Assembly: GCA_023515725.1 (NCBI GenBank)
Contig: JALDTO010000179.1
Coordinates: forward strand, 599,873 to 663,872
DNA length: 64,000 nucleotides
Origin: Amoeboaphelidium protococcarum X5
Lineage: Eukaryota > Fungi > Aphelidiomycota
Reading direction: 5' to 3'
Positions within the stretch are counted from its first letter, which is position 1. Each line of letters starts with the position of its first letter. A program made the translations under genes and the position numbers. Shown here one piece after another: positions 40,401 to 54,070 of the stretch. The notes beneath the pieces were generated by a model, which saw only the letters and a program-made list of their open reading frames with translations, was not told where the DNA came from and did no database searches.

Positions 40401-41837
40401 GCTGCAGAACTAGAAGAAGCGAGAAATATGGTGACAGAAGAAAGGTTTAGAGAGAAGGTGATCAATTTAAGAAGAGAGCAGCGCGAGATTTATGATCTGA
40501 TATCAAATTTGATTGTTCATAGGAGTGATAACTTGGATGGATTGCATGATGGTACCAGTCTATATTTCCTTTCTGGAAGTGCTGGAGTTGTAAAGACATT
40601 TTTATATAATGTAATTGATGATTTCTGCCATCTAAATGATTACGTTTGTGTATAGTTATCAACAACCGGACTTGCCACCAATTTATTGAACAATGCGCAA
40701 ACGTGTCATAGCTTTTTTGGCGTACCTATAGATATTACTGATGATTCTGAATGTCGCATTAAGGTTGAGTATAAAAATATCTTGCTTGCAGCTAATATTA
40801 TAATAATTGATGAAATCACATAACTAAGTAAGTATGCGTTATAGGCTATTGATAGACTATTGCGTTAATTATTTGGTGAAATCAACCCTAGAAGAATTAA
40901 TATGCCATTTGGTGGTGCATTAATCCTCTTTGGTGGTGACTGGAAATAATGCCTACCTGTTGTGCCTAGAGGGAATCAAGCCATGGTCCTTAATTCAACT
41001 TTCAAAGCCTCATATCTATGGAATCGTGTAGAATAACTTGAGTTAACTGAGCAAGTACGTTTAGTTCATGATCTGGAATATTTCAATTTTTGCGAGTATG
41101 TTGGCACCACTGCAGACAGGTAAATTGAAATACCATAATATGTCTAAAGGGTTCAATCTTTGCAAGAAATGATTGGCTTCGTGTATGGTGATAAGTTAAT
41201 TAACCATCGATTTGGTTTGGAAAAAATTATCACTCCCCTGAATAAAGATGCGATTGACATCAATGACACGTGTCTGAATTAAATGCTTGGTGAAGAACGC
41301 GTGTCAGTCGGTAGAAATGTGCTTTAAAATGGCAATCATGAAATTAATGAAGAAGCACTGGCTAACATCAATTCGGCTAAATTACCACCAACTGTACTCA
41401 GAATGAAAGTTGGATGTCCATTAATCATCACTCAAAATATCAATGTCAAGGCAGGTCTATGCAATGGAACCTTGGTTAAGCTGATCAACTATTCACGAAA
41501 TTTACTGATTGTTGAAATACTTTCAGGGAAATTTCAAGGTACGCTGCATGCATTGCCTAGAATAAATTGCATTGACACCAAAGCCATGTTTGGTATAGAA
41601 CTGATGAGAATTCAATTTCCAGTTAAACTAGCATTTGCTGTGACCATCAACAAAATAATGGGATAGACTTTGGATAAAGTGGGTCTGTATTTAAAGAACC
41701 AATGTTTCGCGCATGGATAGTTATATGTTGGTCTGACGCGTGTTAGAAGAAGTACAGATATCTGTATTTACAGTGAATTGCCTCTTCTTCAAAATGTGGT
41801 TTACCAAGCAATTTTTTAAAATAATTTGATTGCGTGA
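37401..41837 (+). CDS. Helitron RepHel (HUH Rep + PIF1-like helicase), ~1478 aa
   Basis: CPFCHA...CCGNG zinc motif, TVTANPNW, VEWQKRGLPHAH (Q=TAA 39180), KYLYKYVHKG, IIIDEI, GDWKQCLPVV, QFPVKLAFAVTINK, HGQLYVGLTRV. Confidence 0.95.
37416..37835 (+). repeat. 210-bp near-perfect tandem duplication in the RepHel N-terminus
   Basis: 37416-37625 and 37626-37835 each encode QCQFIYT..EAGQRCPNDANPNGYCRTH... Confidence 0.92.
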
Positions 41838-41880
41838 ACTAACTGTGAAATAAATGCTGTCTTTAATTAAATTCTAACCA

Positions 41881-41902
41881 CCGCGCGCGCACGCGCGCGC
41901 GG
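41881..41902 (+). other. Helitron 3' subterminal hairpin
   Basis: CCGCGCGCGC-AC-GCGCGCGCGG, a perfect inverted repeat 8 bp before the inferred 3' end. Confidence 0.85.
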
Positions 41903-41977
41903 CAGCCTTGTATTTAACAATAATAAACCGAATTATAACAGGCCAATCCATTAAAATTATTAAAAAAGGCACAGATA

Positions 41978-44338
41978 TCACTACTTCTTACTGTTGATTG
42001 CATCCAAAATCTTTTGCTTGTATTCCATAATACCACTAGATCCTTCAATCTTGTCAGGATCATAGATGGAAGCAGTTGATGTTGGATGGTACTTGGTGAC
42101 GCTGCCTTCAGCGACTATCCACATCTCATTACAGACAGCATCAACAAATCTCGCGTCGTGACTGACCACCAACACACCTCCTTTGAACCCAGTCTTTGGA
42201 TTAAGTGCTTTCACCAGAGAGCCGACCGTGGCAATATCCAAATTATTCGTGATCTCATCACATATCAGAATATGAGGATTCTAGGCAGCCATCAATGCAA
42301 ACACCACACGATTCTTCTGTCCACCACTCAATGTTCTCATCGGCTACAGAGCCGTTGCACCAGTTATTCCGAATCGACCCAAGAGACCACGCAGTTACTC
42401 TTCAGACTGATCAGGATACTTGGAATGTAGAAACTGGACAGGGGATGCAAGCATGGCATTCTAATCAGCCTCTAGAGCATCAATGTGGTGCTGTGCAAAG
42501 TACGCGATTCTCAACTTTCCATTTCTATGCACGTATCCTTTCGTTGGCTCCATGTGTCCCATTAGCAACTTCAACAATGTAGTTTTACCTTGTCCATTAC
42601 CTCCAATCAGGGCAACACGACTATCCAAATTGACTGAAAAGTTGACATTCCGTAAGATCCATCTGAGTTGCTGTTCTGCAGCAGCATTATCATTGACCTA
42701 ATTATCACCTCTAGCAGTATCATAAGTGAAGCTAACATTGTCTGCTTGGAGAATAGGCATACTGAGCTTATCAGACGGATCTGGCCATCTCAACTTCAAC
42801 TCTCCCTCGTCAATACCATCATCTTCCAGCGGATTGAGTTCAGGCAATTTCTCGAGTATTTTAATCTTGCTCTGAGCTTGGGCAGCACGTTTTGCATTAT
42901 ATCTCCACCTGTCGATAAAATCTTACAAGTGTTATCGATATTGCAATTAAGATTCATACTCACGCTGCTAATTCTTTCTACGCTCATCCCTTATGCCGAG
43001 AAATGCCGTATAATTACCCTTGTACTAGTCAACGCGATGGTTGTGCATATGAACTATATCTGTGCACACATTATCTAATAGATCTCGATCGTGAGACACC
43101 ACCACCAAAGTGTTAGGCCATTCACTCAAATAACTTTCAAGCCAGAGCACCGAAGGGAAATCCAAGTGGTTAGAAGGCTCATCGAGGAAGAGGACATCCG
43201 GTTTACAGAATAGGGCTCTAGCAAGAGCAATAGCCATCCTCTTACCACCACTAAATGTCTTGGTGGCCCGTTACTGCAAATCCTCCGTGAAACCGAGACC
43301 AGCTAGAATAACAGACGCTCTGGATCTAGCTTTATCTGCTTCCACGGCCTGCATCTTTGTCCATACAATCTTTAACTAATCGGATAGTTACTCTGTCAAC
43401 AGTTTATCGTTAACCAGCGTGGCCTACTTAAGTCTCTCCTATAAATCAGCTTCCTGCCTGACCAAATTCGTGAGATAGACATCACCCTCAAGCACACAGT
43501 CCACAATACTCTAATCTGTTCCCTCAATCTCCTGCTCAACATGCAAGATACGCAAATACTCTGGCACACCATCTTTACTACTAGCAGCCTACACCTGACG
43601 CCGCGATATGAACCTCAACAACGTAGATTTACCGACACCATTTTTACCAACCAGACCATAACGGCGCCCAAATGCAAACGTGACCGAGGCGCTCTCCAGG
43701 ATCTGCTTACCACCGAACGAGATATCAAAATTATCCAGCTTGATATCCCTACTCTTACCTTTGGCCAGCTCTGGGTCAATCGCTGTATTCTACCTGGTGT
43801 AATCAGTGCGATCGCCTTTGATATCAACATACGATTGATACTGAGCATATCCATTACGCGACTCTTACTTCTTCTACAATTTGAGCTCAGCCTTCAACAA
43901 CTTCTTCTTCTCAGCCTCAGTCATCTCAGCCACGTTACGCTCTCTGCCTTTCAGCATGGCGATATCAGTCTTCTTTTTGGGTGCAGTCAATAGGGTAAGT
44001 TGAGTGCTGCGATTGAATTAATCCAGTTGATCCATCAGATTTGCATCCAATTCTTGCGGCTTCTCCTCCACCACCTACTTATCCTTCAAATCATATTGAT
44101 CATAAAACTTGGATGTAAACTCAGTAAATTATTCCACCAGCGAACCATCTCCCAAGTCCAAAGATACTTCAAGGTCGCGTACAAATGGTTATATAAAGTC
44201 GATAAACTCATCCTCAGTCACACCGCTCTTGCCACCTTAAACATCCTGGATGTACGATTGGATGTAGTTATATACTGGCACCTCCATCTTTGGAAACAGC
44301 TATTTAAACTCTATCGCTGGCTCTTTCATCATTGTCAT
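41978..44338 (-). CDS. GCN20: ABC-F translation factor Gcn20/ABCF3, 786 aa
   Basis: [60 protein letters not shown]. Confidence 0.92.
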
Positions 44339-44528
44339 AACGTTCCTGTTAATATTTGATTACTATTATAAGGGAGTGAGTGATATACTTCTTAATCAGA
44401 TTGAAGAGAAGAAGAAAAGGTTCGTCAGGCTCGATTAAATTTATCTCTAATACCTTCATTAATAACCAAAAGGGAATAAGAATATTGAAAAAAGAAATAC
44501 TTAATAAGTAACAGTTTAATGATCTATT

Positions 44529-45824
44529 TCATTTTCGAGGGCGCTTTTTAGCAGCCGACCTGCCACCACCAGAAGAGCGTCGGCGTTTACCATAGTCTCC
44601 ACCATTACCACCACCACTTGAAGCGTGTTGATCTTTGAGCTCCATCACAGCGAATCGCTGGGCTTCGGCGACGCGCTCATTCAGACACATCACGTTCTCT
44701 TTCGGAGCATCGAATAGATCCATCTTCTTACCAATGGTGGTTTCCAATTTCTAAAACATTTCCACGTCATACTACGTGACAAAGCTGATCGATTTTCCAC
44801 TTTTGCCCGCGCGCGCCGTTCTACCCACTCTGTGAATGTACGTCTTGCTGTTGGTTGGAAGATCATAGTTAAGCACAACATCAACCTTGGGTAGATCTAG
44901 ACCTCTGGATGCAACGTCAGTCGCCACCAAGATATTCCTACTGCCGGAGGTGAAGCTAGACAGCGCTCCAAGACGCTTAGGTTGTGACATTTATCCATGC
45001 AGCGATACGGCACTAAATCCGAGGTTCCTTAACATTATAGCAAGTTTCTATGATGAATTACACGTCGCGGTGAATATTATTATAGAATTACCAGTCAGCT
45101 CATTGACAGTGTAAGCTAAATACGCGTCTTTGTGCACCAATGGGATGAAAAGGTAGTACTGCTTTAGACTGTCGACAGTGGAATACTTCTCAGACACTTG
45201 AATCTTGACTGGATCTTTGAGGGAGGCGCGCTGTAGCTTTGCCACTTTATCAGTCATTGTAGCACTAAACAAAAACGTCTATCTCTCAAAGGGTACCACT
45301 TTTAATATCTTTTCCAATTCCTTCTCAAAGTCCATAGTCAATAGGCGATCCGCTTCATCCATAACGAGGAATTTAAGAGTCTTCAGATGGAAACCTTTAG
45401 TATTCTCCAGATGATCGACGAGTCTTCCCGGAGTGGCAACAACAATGTGAGGCTTCTTGCTCAGTGCTATAGCCTAATCAACCATATCTACTCCACCGAC
45501 AATCGTGGCACATCTGACACCGATGAATGATCCCAGCGCTTCAAAATGCTTAGATATCTAGAATGCCAACTCACGCGTCGGAGCTAGTACGCAAGCGAAT
45601 AAGCCACTAGGCTTCTCCATCAGAGCTTGTAATATGGGTAGAGCAAATGCAGCTGTTTTTCCACTTCCAGTCTAAGCGAGGGCAATCAAATCGCGTCCTT
45701 CTAGAGCGTATGGTATAGATTCAGCTTGCACCTCAGTTGGCTGTTTAAATCCCAATTTATCACACGCTTCCACAAGCTGCTCTATTAATTTCAAGTCTTT
45801 AAAAGATTTAACAGTATCGCTCAT
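44529..45824 (-). CDS. RRP3: DEAD-box RNA helicase Rrp3/DDX47
   Basis: PTEVQ, AQTGSGKT (Q=TAG), [28 protein letters not shown]. Confidence 0.95.
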
Positions 45825-45993
45825 TAAAATGTTATATTATTATTTTGGTTTTATCTTTGATCGGATGAATGAGAATTTTCAAAGATTTTATTCAGTTTTC
45901 ATCAGCGTTGTTTAGGAGTTGTGCAACGATAATACGATTAAACTAACCATTGTGATAGTAGAAGACTGATGTTAAAATTAAAGTTGATTCATT

Positions 45994-48900
45994 TCATTTA
46001 ATGGACATCATATCGGTTAGGATTTCGTTGCAATCTTGAGCAAGTTTCGATATTTCCCGATCTTTGGACATTGTCAGTTTAGACAGCTACTTGTTCAGCT
46101 CCAACAAGTGAAGATACTTGGCATTCTATTAGTATAAAGCCTTAATCGCAGGAGGAGCCTGATCGGGAACGTGATAACTGATACTCAACTTATGTTTGAG
46201 TAATTTCTGCAGAATATACTTGATCTCCTTAACTTTGTATCTTGGTTGAGGAAATTTACTCACGCTGCCGCTTCGCTTGATCCAGGCATTCATAGCAGAC
46301 TTGCATCGACTAATTACTTGAGAATAAGCTATAACGGCAATTCTATTAGGCACTGACTTGCTTAAGCTAGAATCTTGTGAGCACAATTCAAAGAGCAGAT
46401 CCAGACTATAGTATGCCAATTTTTCGGATTTGATCGGTATGCAGGTAAATGTTTGAAACCCACTCTCTGAAGATAGCACAGATATAGCCTACTAAGATGA
46501 AGAATTGCTTAGATCTGATAGATCCGACAGAGACTATAGAATTAGCTTGATACTGTCATTGTCACAATCATCACCAAATGACACCAACAATTTGATTACA
46601 GAGCCGCAATAAGCCAAAAACTGATTGTCCATATCTGTCACCAATTCTAAGGAGACAAAGTGAGGTGGGTATTATGAATAAGCTCCACATATGACAGCAA
46701 ATTACTGAGCTACGCAATTCCACAGAGTCTAAATCTTGCCGCAATATTTCTTATCGTTGAGAGATAACATGATAGCAGATATACTACTCGATAGAACTTG
46801 CGATGCCAAATCATTCAATTTGACAGCATGATTGGCATTATCTTCGGCATTCTCAGGGTGCATTGTATAGACACAATCCCACTGGAGTTCAACTATTCTA
46901 CCTGCAGCTTATAAGAATAATTCAAGCTTCTTTAAATTTGTCTCTACTAGTACTGAACTAAACTACTGGTCGGAAAACTGATCATCAATAGACTTGAGTA
47001 ACGCTTTCTAAAATGATAGATAACTATTAGGCTTAATATCAGCGATAGAATGATACTTGCACCGTTTCCAGAATCCTTCAGCCTAGTTATCATCAACAGT
47101 GATTAGAGCAGACTATTTATCGAACAGTTGCTGACCACCAGATGACAGTTAGTACATCTAAAGACCAAAAGATTGATCGATGAAGGCATTGCTTAGGCCC
47201 TGATACAGATCTTCTTAAGCAATCGATATTAAACGCGTCATAAAGTCAGTCCAAGTATCAACAACGCACAACTGCTCGTCTTTGTCAGGTATAAAAGTCT
47301 TGAGCATTCCCAAAAGACTACTAAAGCACACTTTCAAATTTACACCGAGACGCGACGCACTTGGAAGCATCATATCTTGATCAACATTCAGAGCATCGCC
47401 AAAGCAAAACTTGAGAACAGTCTATTGTATCAAAGTCAGTTTGGACTCATCCTTAGTCTTTACGATAATTTTGTTAGCGTTGCTCTAAAGGCGATTCAGA
47501 GTATAGACTTCAAAGATATGGTTATCACCACTATTAGTAGAACGCAAATCGTAAATCATCAAAATTTGGACCAGTGCCTTAAACAAATTACTGAGGATAT
47601 GCGAATTTACTTTAAAATCTAAATCAAACGCCAAATTCCACCACTGAGCAATTAAACTCAAAATCTGAAGAAGAAGCTCCTCTCGCAAACGATATGAGAA
47701 GATACCATCAACTTCAAACATCCGCGGCTCTGCTAGTGAGTAACCGTCCAAGCATTCTAGCAGCTGAATACAAATATCCTTCCTATTATGGAACTGCTGT
47801 ACAATGAACATCAGCGCGTCAAAAATGCGTTTGAAGGCTTGCGTCTGCACATCTTTATTAACAATACTAGACACTTGAGTCAAGAACAGCTGCAACTCCA
47901 TCAATGAGGGACTCTGAGATACACTTTCATGAAGGATATGCACACAGCCACGTGCGTCATCTTTGCGTATGCTACAAGCTTCATTCTCTAATACACCAGC
48001 TACATTATTGAACACTTCATTGTACTTGGAGCCCAATGACACAAGCTTCTCGCTGTTGGTCAAAACAATCTATGCCAAGCTGGTAGCAGCAACGTTCTTG
48101 AGTTCAAAACACTGCTTAATGGCAGCCTCTAATTTGTGTTCACTCGACTTACTACTATTACTGGTATTATCTTTAGCAGGGGGAGACTCTGCCTACTAAT
48201 TCCCAGATTTCAATACGGTTACAAGTTCATCCATAGAGTTGATAGCCGTTTTCTAATTATTACCATCAGCCTGATGGTCAGAAGATACAAGGATTCCAGA
48301 CAAAAGTTAACTAATCCTTTCATTGGAATATTAAATCAGTTGCAGACATGAAGGAAGTAAAATCTCCTCAATAACACCAACAAGCTGAGAGGCATCAAAA
48401 GAACTGGCAAAAGTCATAGATGAACATCGAAACAGGACTTAAGCCGCGGTCAGCTTAACTTCATACCGATTAGTATCACAACAAAGAGAACGCAGAGCTT
48501 TTAAGCAAAACATTTTTTACTATAATGGGGACTCAATTTGCTTCAAGTGCTCACAGATTGACCACACTAGATTGACACCAACCAGAGCACAATTGACCTC
48601 AACTTCTTATTGTACAAACTTCTGAATAAGATTCACCAAAGGCACAACATTCTCCATTCCCAATTGTGATAAATATTCCGAGCATACAGATTACAATATT
48701 TACATGGAAGACCGAATTAGAAGCACCATGTTCTTTTGTACGAACTACTGCTAGTCACCTTAGAATATGCCGCCAATAGTTTCGAGAACGATAGCGTAAC
48801 TAGATGGTTATAAGTAAGCACCGACAAGCTGAAGCAATTTGTTAAGCGCTTCTAAACCCACTAGTTAAACTTGAGTTGATTGTTCAGTATTAGCAGCTGA

Positions 48901-51243
48901 AAGCACAATTATAGACTTTAAAGGCAGAAGGATCATATCGGCCACTCTCTGACTGCTCTGTTCATCCAATTCCTTAGTCCTAGCTTTGGCCTACAACTGA
49001 TTAGCCACATTATCCACTAGAATGGAAATTTAGGTACTTGCGAGAGCACTGACGTCCGCTTGACTAATCTTGAGTCTCATTATATGAACAAGACAGGCAA
49101 ACGCTTGATCCCATACCACAACCAAGCTATCTTGCGCGGACTCAAACAAAAACTTTGCCAAATTCACCTGCAAGACTTCACTGATGGACTGAATCAGCAC
49201 CACAGAACTGGCTGCAGCAAACTGAATTCTAGAGTCATCGGCCGCAGAGAGAGGCGACACATCTATCGCCATCTGGGATACATCCGCTGATGCCGTGTCA
49301 GTCGCCATTGGATTATAAACTGCTTCTGTAAAGGCGACATCTTTCTACAGCTAAAGCAATCGCTGAAGAATGTCTGTATTTGATATTTGCAACTGATACA
49401 AGCACGCTCGTATCAGTCCACTTATCATATTGGAAAGTTCTCTTCTCGATAGCAAAGCAGACCACTAACATAGAACGAATAAATTTCCGCGGTTTTCACC
49501 AGATGACAGTTATTGAGATATACACTCCCACTAATCCATATCCAGAAAGCAACAGCACTGATGGGAGATCTTCATAAGCAATGTACAAATTACACTCTGC
49601 TGGCCAACTTCAAGACTATTCATTGAACTTGATATCTAACCGAGAAGTGAATTAAATACTTTGCGATCATTCAACACTGCAGACGCAACCATGAGATGAC
49701 CGATATATTATACCACAATCTAAAAAGTATCCGCATCAACCTTGACTTCCTATGAATGGACAAATATACGAACAAAACTAGTATAGGACATTACCAAAAC
49801 TTGATGATACAGACTATAATCATATTTTTAAGATAACAATGACTTGGATATTTAAAATTTTGATTTTCCATCAAACTGAATGCCAGATTACGCCTTAATG
49901 ACTTGTTCACCATCAACATTGTCACCTTGTTACAGAACTAGATGATCATAAGCCATAGTCTTGAGAAAATCTACCAGTAGAAGCCAACACTCCAGAGCCA
50001 TAGCACAAAAATATGACGATGAAATTTATGGCTATTACATCTTGTCAACCTGGTCAAGCAGAGACTACTTGAACTGATTCTGTGTGACTTGATAATCAAA
50101 ACCAGGCTGCAGCGATTTCAAGTAACAAGATGTCACATTTTCGATAGTGCTGTTGAGACAACCAGACTTTACGAGACACTGAATGAAATCCAACTGACCC
50201 TGCTTCACCAATAAAATATCTCTCAAGACTTCCAACGATAGAATTGGTTGCGATGACACCATCATCTCAATCAATAAGGTCATTATCAACTAAAACTCCT
50301 CACTCAGATCCCTGAATTGAGATAAAAACAACTTGGCAAACCTGAAAGCACGTAAATGAAGTGGATACGCTTGCCCGCTAGATATTAGACTGGCAATGAA
50401 CGGTATTAGACGTTCCTACGTGAGCCATAACATTTGCTATCCAGATTTAAGCATGACATGATGGTGATTAACAATAGACTCAACCAAGTCTAGACCGAAT
50501 ACCATTTCAATATATTCATATCTCAAGCAGAGAGGAGTGTCGATACCAGATATAAGGGATATGAGATCATGATACAACAGATAACAATCCATCTAAGCAG
50601 GGGAGAGTGATGACAGTTTCTGGTTCTACTTTATATACCTCAACATGAAATTGGACTTTTATTCAGATTAACCAGATTGAGTATTATCAACAGAAGCACT
50701 AACTTTACAACGATCAAAAACAATCATTGTCAGCTATCTCAGAGTAGCAGCAGCAGTACCATGAACCACGTTAGAAGTTTAAGTCTGCACAAGGCGGAGG
50801 AGCATATTGATCAATTCAAACAGAATCTCTCCACTACTACTGTAATTAGTAACTAGAGGCAGGACAATTTAAATCAATTTTAGATGTACATCTGTAGTGT
50901 TGGTTCTCTCGGACAGCTCATTCAGAAGCACAACAATCGAGGGGTAAGACTAAGGAAGACAGCGGTACTAGGCTAACTTTTACATAATGTTGGCAGCAAT
51001 TATCTCCAATCTGAACAACTTGCTGGACAATGCTTGAGAAATAGGCTTCAACAGGTCTTCATTACAGGCCAGCTCATCAGCAGAAACAGGTGCAGCATCT
51101 TTATCCTTACCCACCACCTTCTGTTACAAGAATGCAATCACCTTGTCGCAGAGTGACTTGATTTCCGGGGACTTGCGTTTAGACTCATTCTACAGGGACG
51201 TATACTCTTACAGAAGATTGTGCACAAAATTTACTGTAGACAT
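45994..51243 (-). CDS. MON2: Mon2 (Arf-GEF-like endosome/Golgi scaffold), ~1749 aa
   Basis: N-terminal LQNESKRKSPEIK, VHGTAAATLRQL, HEAT-rich body, EVNCALVCVNLVWSI, single frame to TGA 45994. Confidence 0.85.
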
Positions 51244-51931
51244 TATCCTTATATCTCCAGATTAATTGACTCTACTACAAAGTATGGATATTCTCAAACA
51301 AATAAGTAAGTAAGTGAATGAGATACGAAAGGATAAAGAGAAAGCTGGCACGCCGAGCTCTGTAATGGAGATCAATAAAGTCGCGACGCGTCAGAAACGA
51401 AAACTCGTCGATTCCAATGCTTCTAAGGACGGCTATCATATAACAGGAGACTAAAAGAAAAGGTTAGTTAAGCATACATTTCGTCTCTATTCTATAAGAT
51501 TCAAGTAAAATCTTTTGATAAAATTAAGTGCAAACTCATAATTGCCATAATCAGCACATGAGACACGGATGTCTCGTCTAAGAGTGGTGCATGACTTAAT
51601 AACATAATCACAGTTTGCATATAATTCACAGAATAATAACATAAACATAGCATCAACCTAGTTTACAATATTATATTGAATTCATTAAAGTGTTGAAGCA
51701 TCATAGCACTTGTTCTGATCTAAGGACTTATGGTATATCTTTATTCACACAGAGAGTGCAAAGAGAGCAAACATCGAGCGAGCTTCGGTCGGTTACAAGA
51801 AAATTGACGCGAAAAGAAAATTTCGTGCTGAATCTTAGACGGACCCGTTTGCATTAATAGAATTGCCCCGACTGAGCCTTTCCTTATTGGTATTTCTCGA
51901 TTAATAATAATAATCACATAATAGAATCATC

Positions 51932-52492
51932 ATGGGTATCGATATTAAACGCCATCACGTCAAGGACACCAACAGAACTGAGCCAAAGAGTAAGAATGTC
52001 TACTTGCTTATGCTGGTGAAATTGTACAGATTCTTGGCTCGCAGAACAGATGCAAATTTTAATAAAGTCGTGTTGAAGAGATTATTTATGAGCCGCATCA
52101 ACCGTCCTCCTCTTTCAGTGTCACGTCTAGCTAGATATTACCGTGGACATGATGGAAAGATTGCTGTGTGTGTCGGTACAATCACTGATGATAACAGATT
52201 GCTCCAGGTGCCAAAGATGACTGTGTGTGCTCTGCGCTTCACTAAGACTGCGCGTGCTCGTATTGTCAAGGCTGGCGGTGAGTGTTTGACTTTTGATCAG
52301 CTGGCAATGCGTGCTCCTACTGGTGCCAACACTCTGCTGCTGCGTGGACGTAAGAATGCTCGTGAGGCAGTGAAGCACTTTGGTCCTCCACCGGGAACTC
52401 CTGGATCCCACACCAAGCCGTATGTACAGAGTAAGGGACGCAAGTTTGAACGCGCTCGTGGTCGTCGTGCTTCTCGTGGTTTTAAAGTTTGA
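51932..52492 (+). CDS. RPL18: 60S ribosomal protein eL18
   Basis: [11 protein letters not shown]...[19 protein letters not shown]; ends in TGA. Confidence 0.98.
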   Translation: MGIDIKRHHVKDTNRTEPKSKNVYLLMLVKLYRFLARRTDANFNKVVLKRLFMSRINRPPLSVSRLARYYRGHDGKIAVCVGTITDDNRLLQVPKMTVCALRFTKTARARIVKAGGECLTFDQLAMRAPTGANTLLLRGRKNAREAVKHFGPPPGTPGSHTKPYVQSKGRKFERARGRRASRGFKV

Positions 52493-52983
52493 GTACAGTC
52501 TTCTCTGTGTTGAAGAAGTGACTATGAATTACCATACTTATATACTAAAAAGACTTTTACTTTTCCTTTTTCGCGTTAAATGTTGTTCTTATATCAAACA
52601 TTGAGGGATTATATTTTTGAAGTGTCTTGATTGTAAACTGATGAGAATTTATTTCTTCTAAAACTATAATACTCGCGTTAAACGATAATCTCTGTGATTG
52701 AGTGAGGACACGGCCAGTGTTTGACAAACTTCTCGCATCAAAAGCGATTTAACGAGGAGAGCGCGCGCGTTCTTTGTCTTTTCTGTTTCACTCGTTCGTC
52801 TGAAACAACAACGCAGCTCTCAGCCAACTAACTCTTTACACTCTTCCGCTTGCTTGGTGTGTGTATAGTTCTTTTTATATCATTTTAGAACTATTATTGT
52901 GTGGTGCATTTGGTTAATTTAAGTTTGTTACATCTACTCTATTAAAAAAGTCCAAGTTATCTTTGAGAAGAGTTGATATAAAA

Positions 52984-54070
52984 ATGGCTGATCAAAGATT
53001 AAGTAAGTTGAAGAAGGGAGAGTTGTAGTGTAAGTTTTCTGTTGTTTACTCTGAATGAGTGATATTAATTGACTATCCTAATTTGTGCGTTGTGTAGCCC
53101 TGGCTGAGCATTTGAGTCTATCAACTGATGGTCTGAGGAATGATATTGAGGTGCGTATTAATGAATACGCAAAAAAGAATGGCGGTTTTGAGAGCTTGGT
53201 GTCGACCGGTAAGTTGACTGACTCCAAGTGGATTCAAACTTTGGAATTGGAGTCTGCGTAAAGCTCTTCCTCTGCTGCTGCTGCAACAACTATGGGCACT
53301 CCATCGCCAGTTAAAAAACCGGTAAGCAGTGGTAAACGCACCGCTCGCACACCTCAGTCTCAGACTGCTTCTTCAAGGTAGGTGCTACTTTCTTGATTGC
53401 TTAATCAAATTTTATGTGAAGTTTTATATGTAATTGTAGTGGAAGTTCTTTATTTCCGGAATGGCTTGGATTTCATACTCCTGCTACGGCTATAGATTTC
53501 TTGTTGCAGCACTTGGACAAGAATGGTTATAAGCAGTTCTTTACTGATATCCGTGACAAGTACAAGACCTCTGATAGTGTTGTGCTGACCATGATTTATG
53601 TAGAGTTTTTCGTATTGATTTGGAGTCAAATTGTATGGTCTGCTGCTCCTCTGTTCACCATTCCATTACCCCAATGGTGTGGTCGCATCTGCCATTCTAA
53701 TGCTATCAATGTGAGATAGCCTCTGTTCTCTGGACTGTTTGAGCGTAAGACTTTTCTGTATCCACTGTTCTATTGGTTCATCTACTTTGTGATCATTCCA
53801 TCTGTGTTCGGCTATGCCATCAATCTGTCCAACCGTGCTGGTCGTCTCGTATGCCCAGTGAATATGATGACTTTCAGCTTGGTTAGATTGTTTGTGTTCT
53901 ACTTTGTGGCCAAGGCTTTAACTATTGATGGTCTGCTCTCTGGCAGTCCTATTGTTACCAGCCACCGAAGCTTGACTACTCTGTTTGATGGTGCGCACCT
54001 GCCTGTAAAGTTGTTTATCACAACTTGTGTGTCTGGTTTGATGTACGCGTTCTATGAGAATCATTAGTGA
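52984..54070 (+). CDS. SAP/HeH-like N-terminus + multi-TM membrane protein; introns 53030-53097 and 53378-53439
   Basis: LSKLKKGELQSLAEHLSLSTDGLRNDIEVRI; S/T/P-rich linker; several TM helices. GT-AG introns restore the frame. Confidence 0.7.

Larger units (their letters stand above)
35896..41910 (+). mobile_element. Helitron (rolling-circle transposon), full length
   Basis: 5' TC/(CTT)n CTACTTATAA tract, RepHel ORF, perfect 10-bp GC hairpin 41881-41902 followed by CTTG|T. The 5' boundary is +/- a few bp. Confidence 0.88.
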
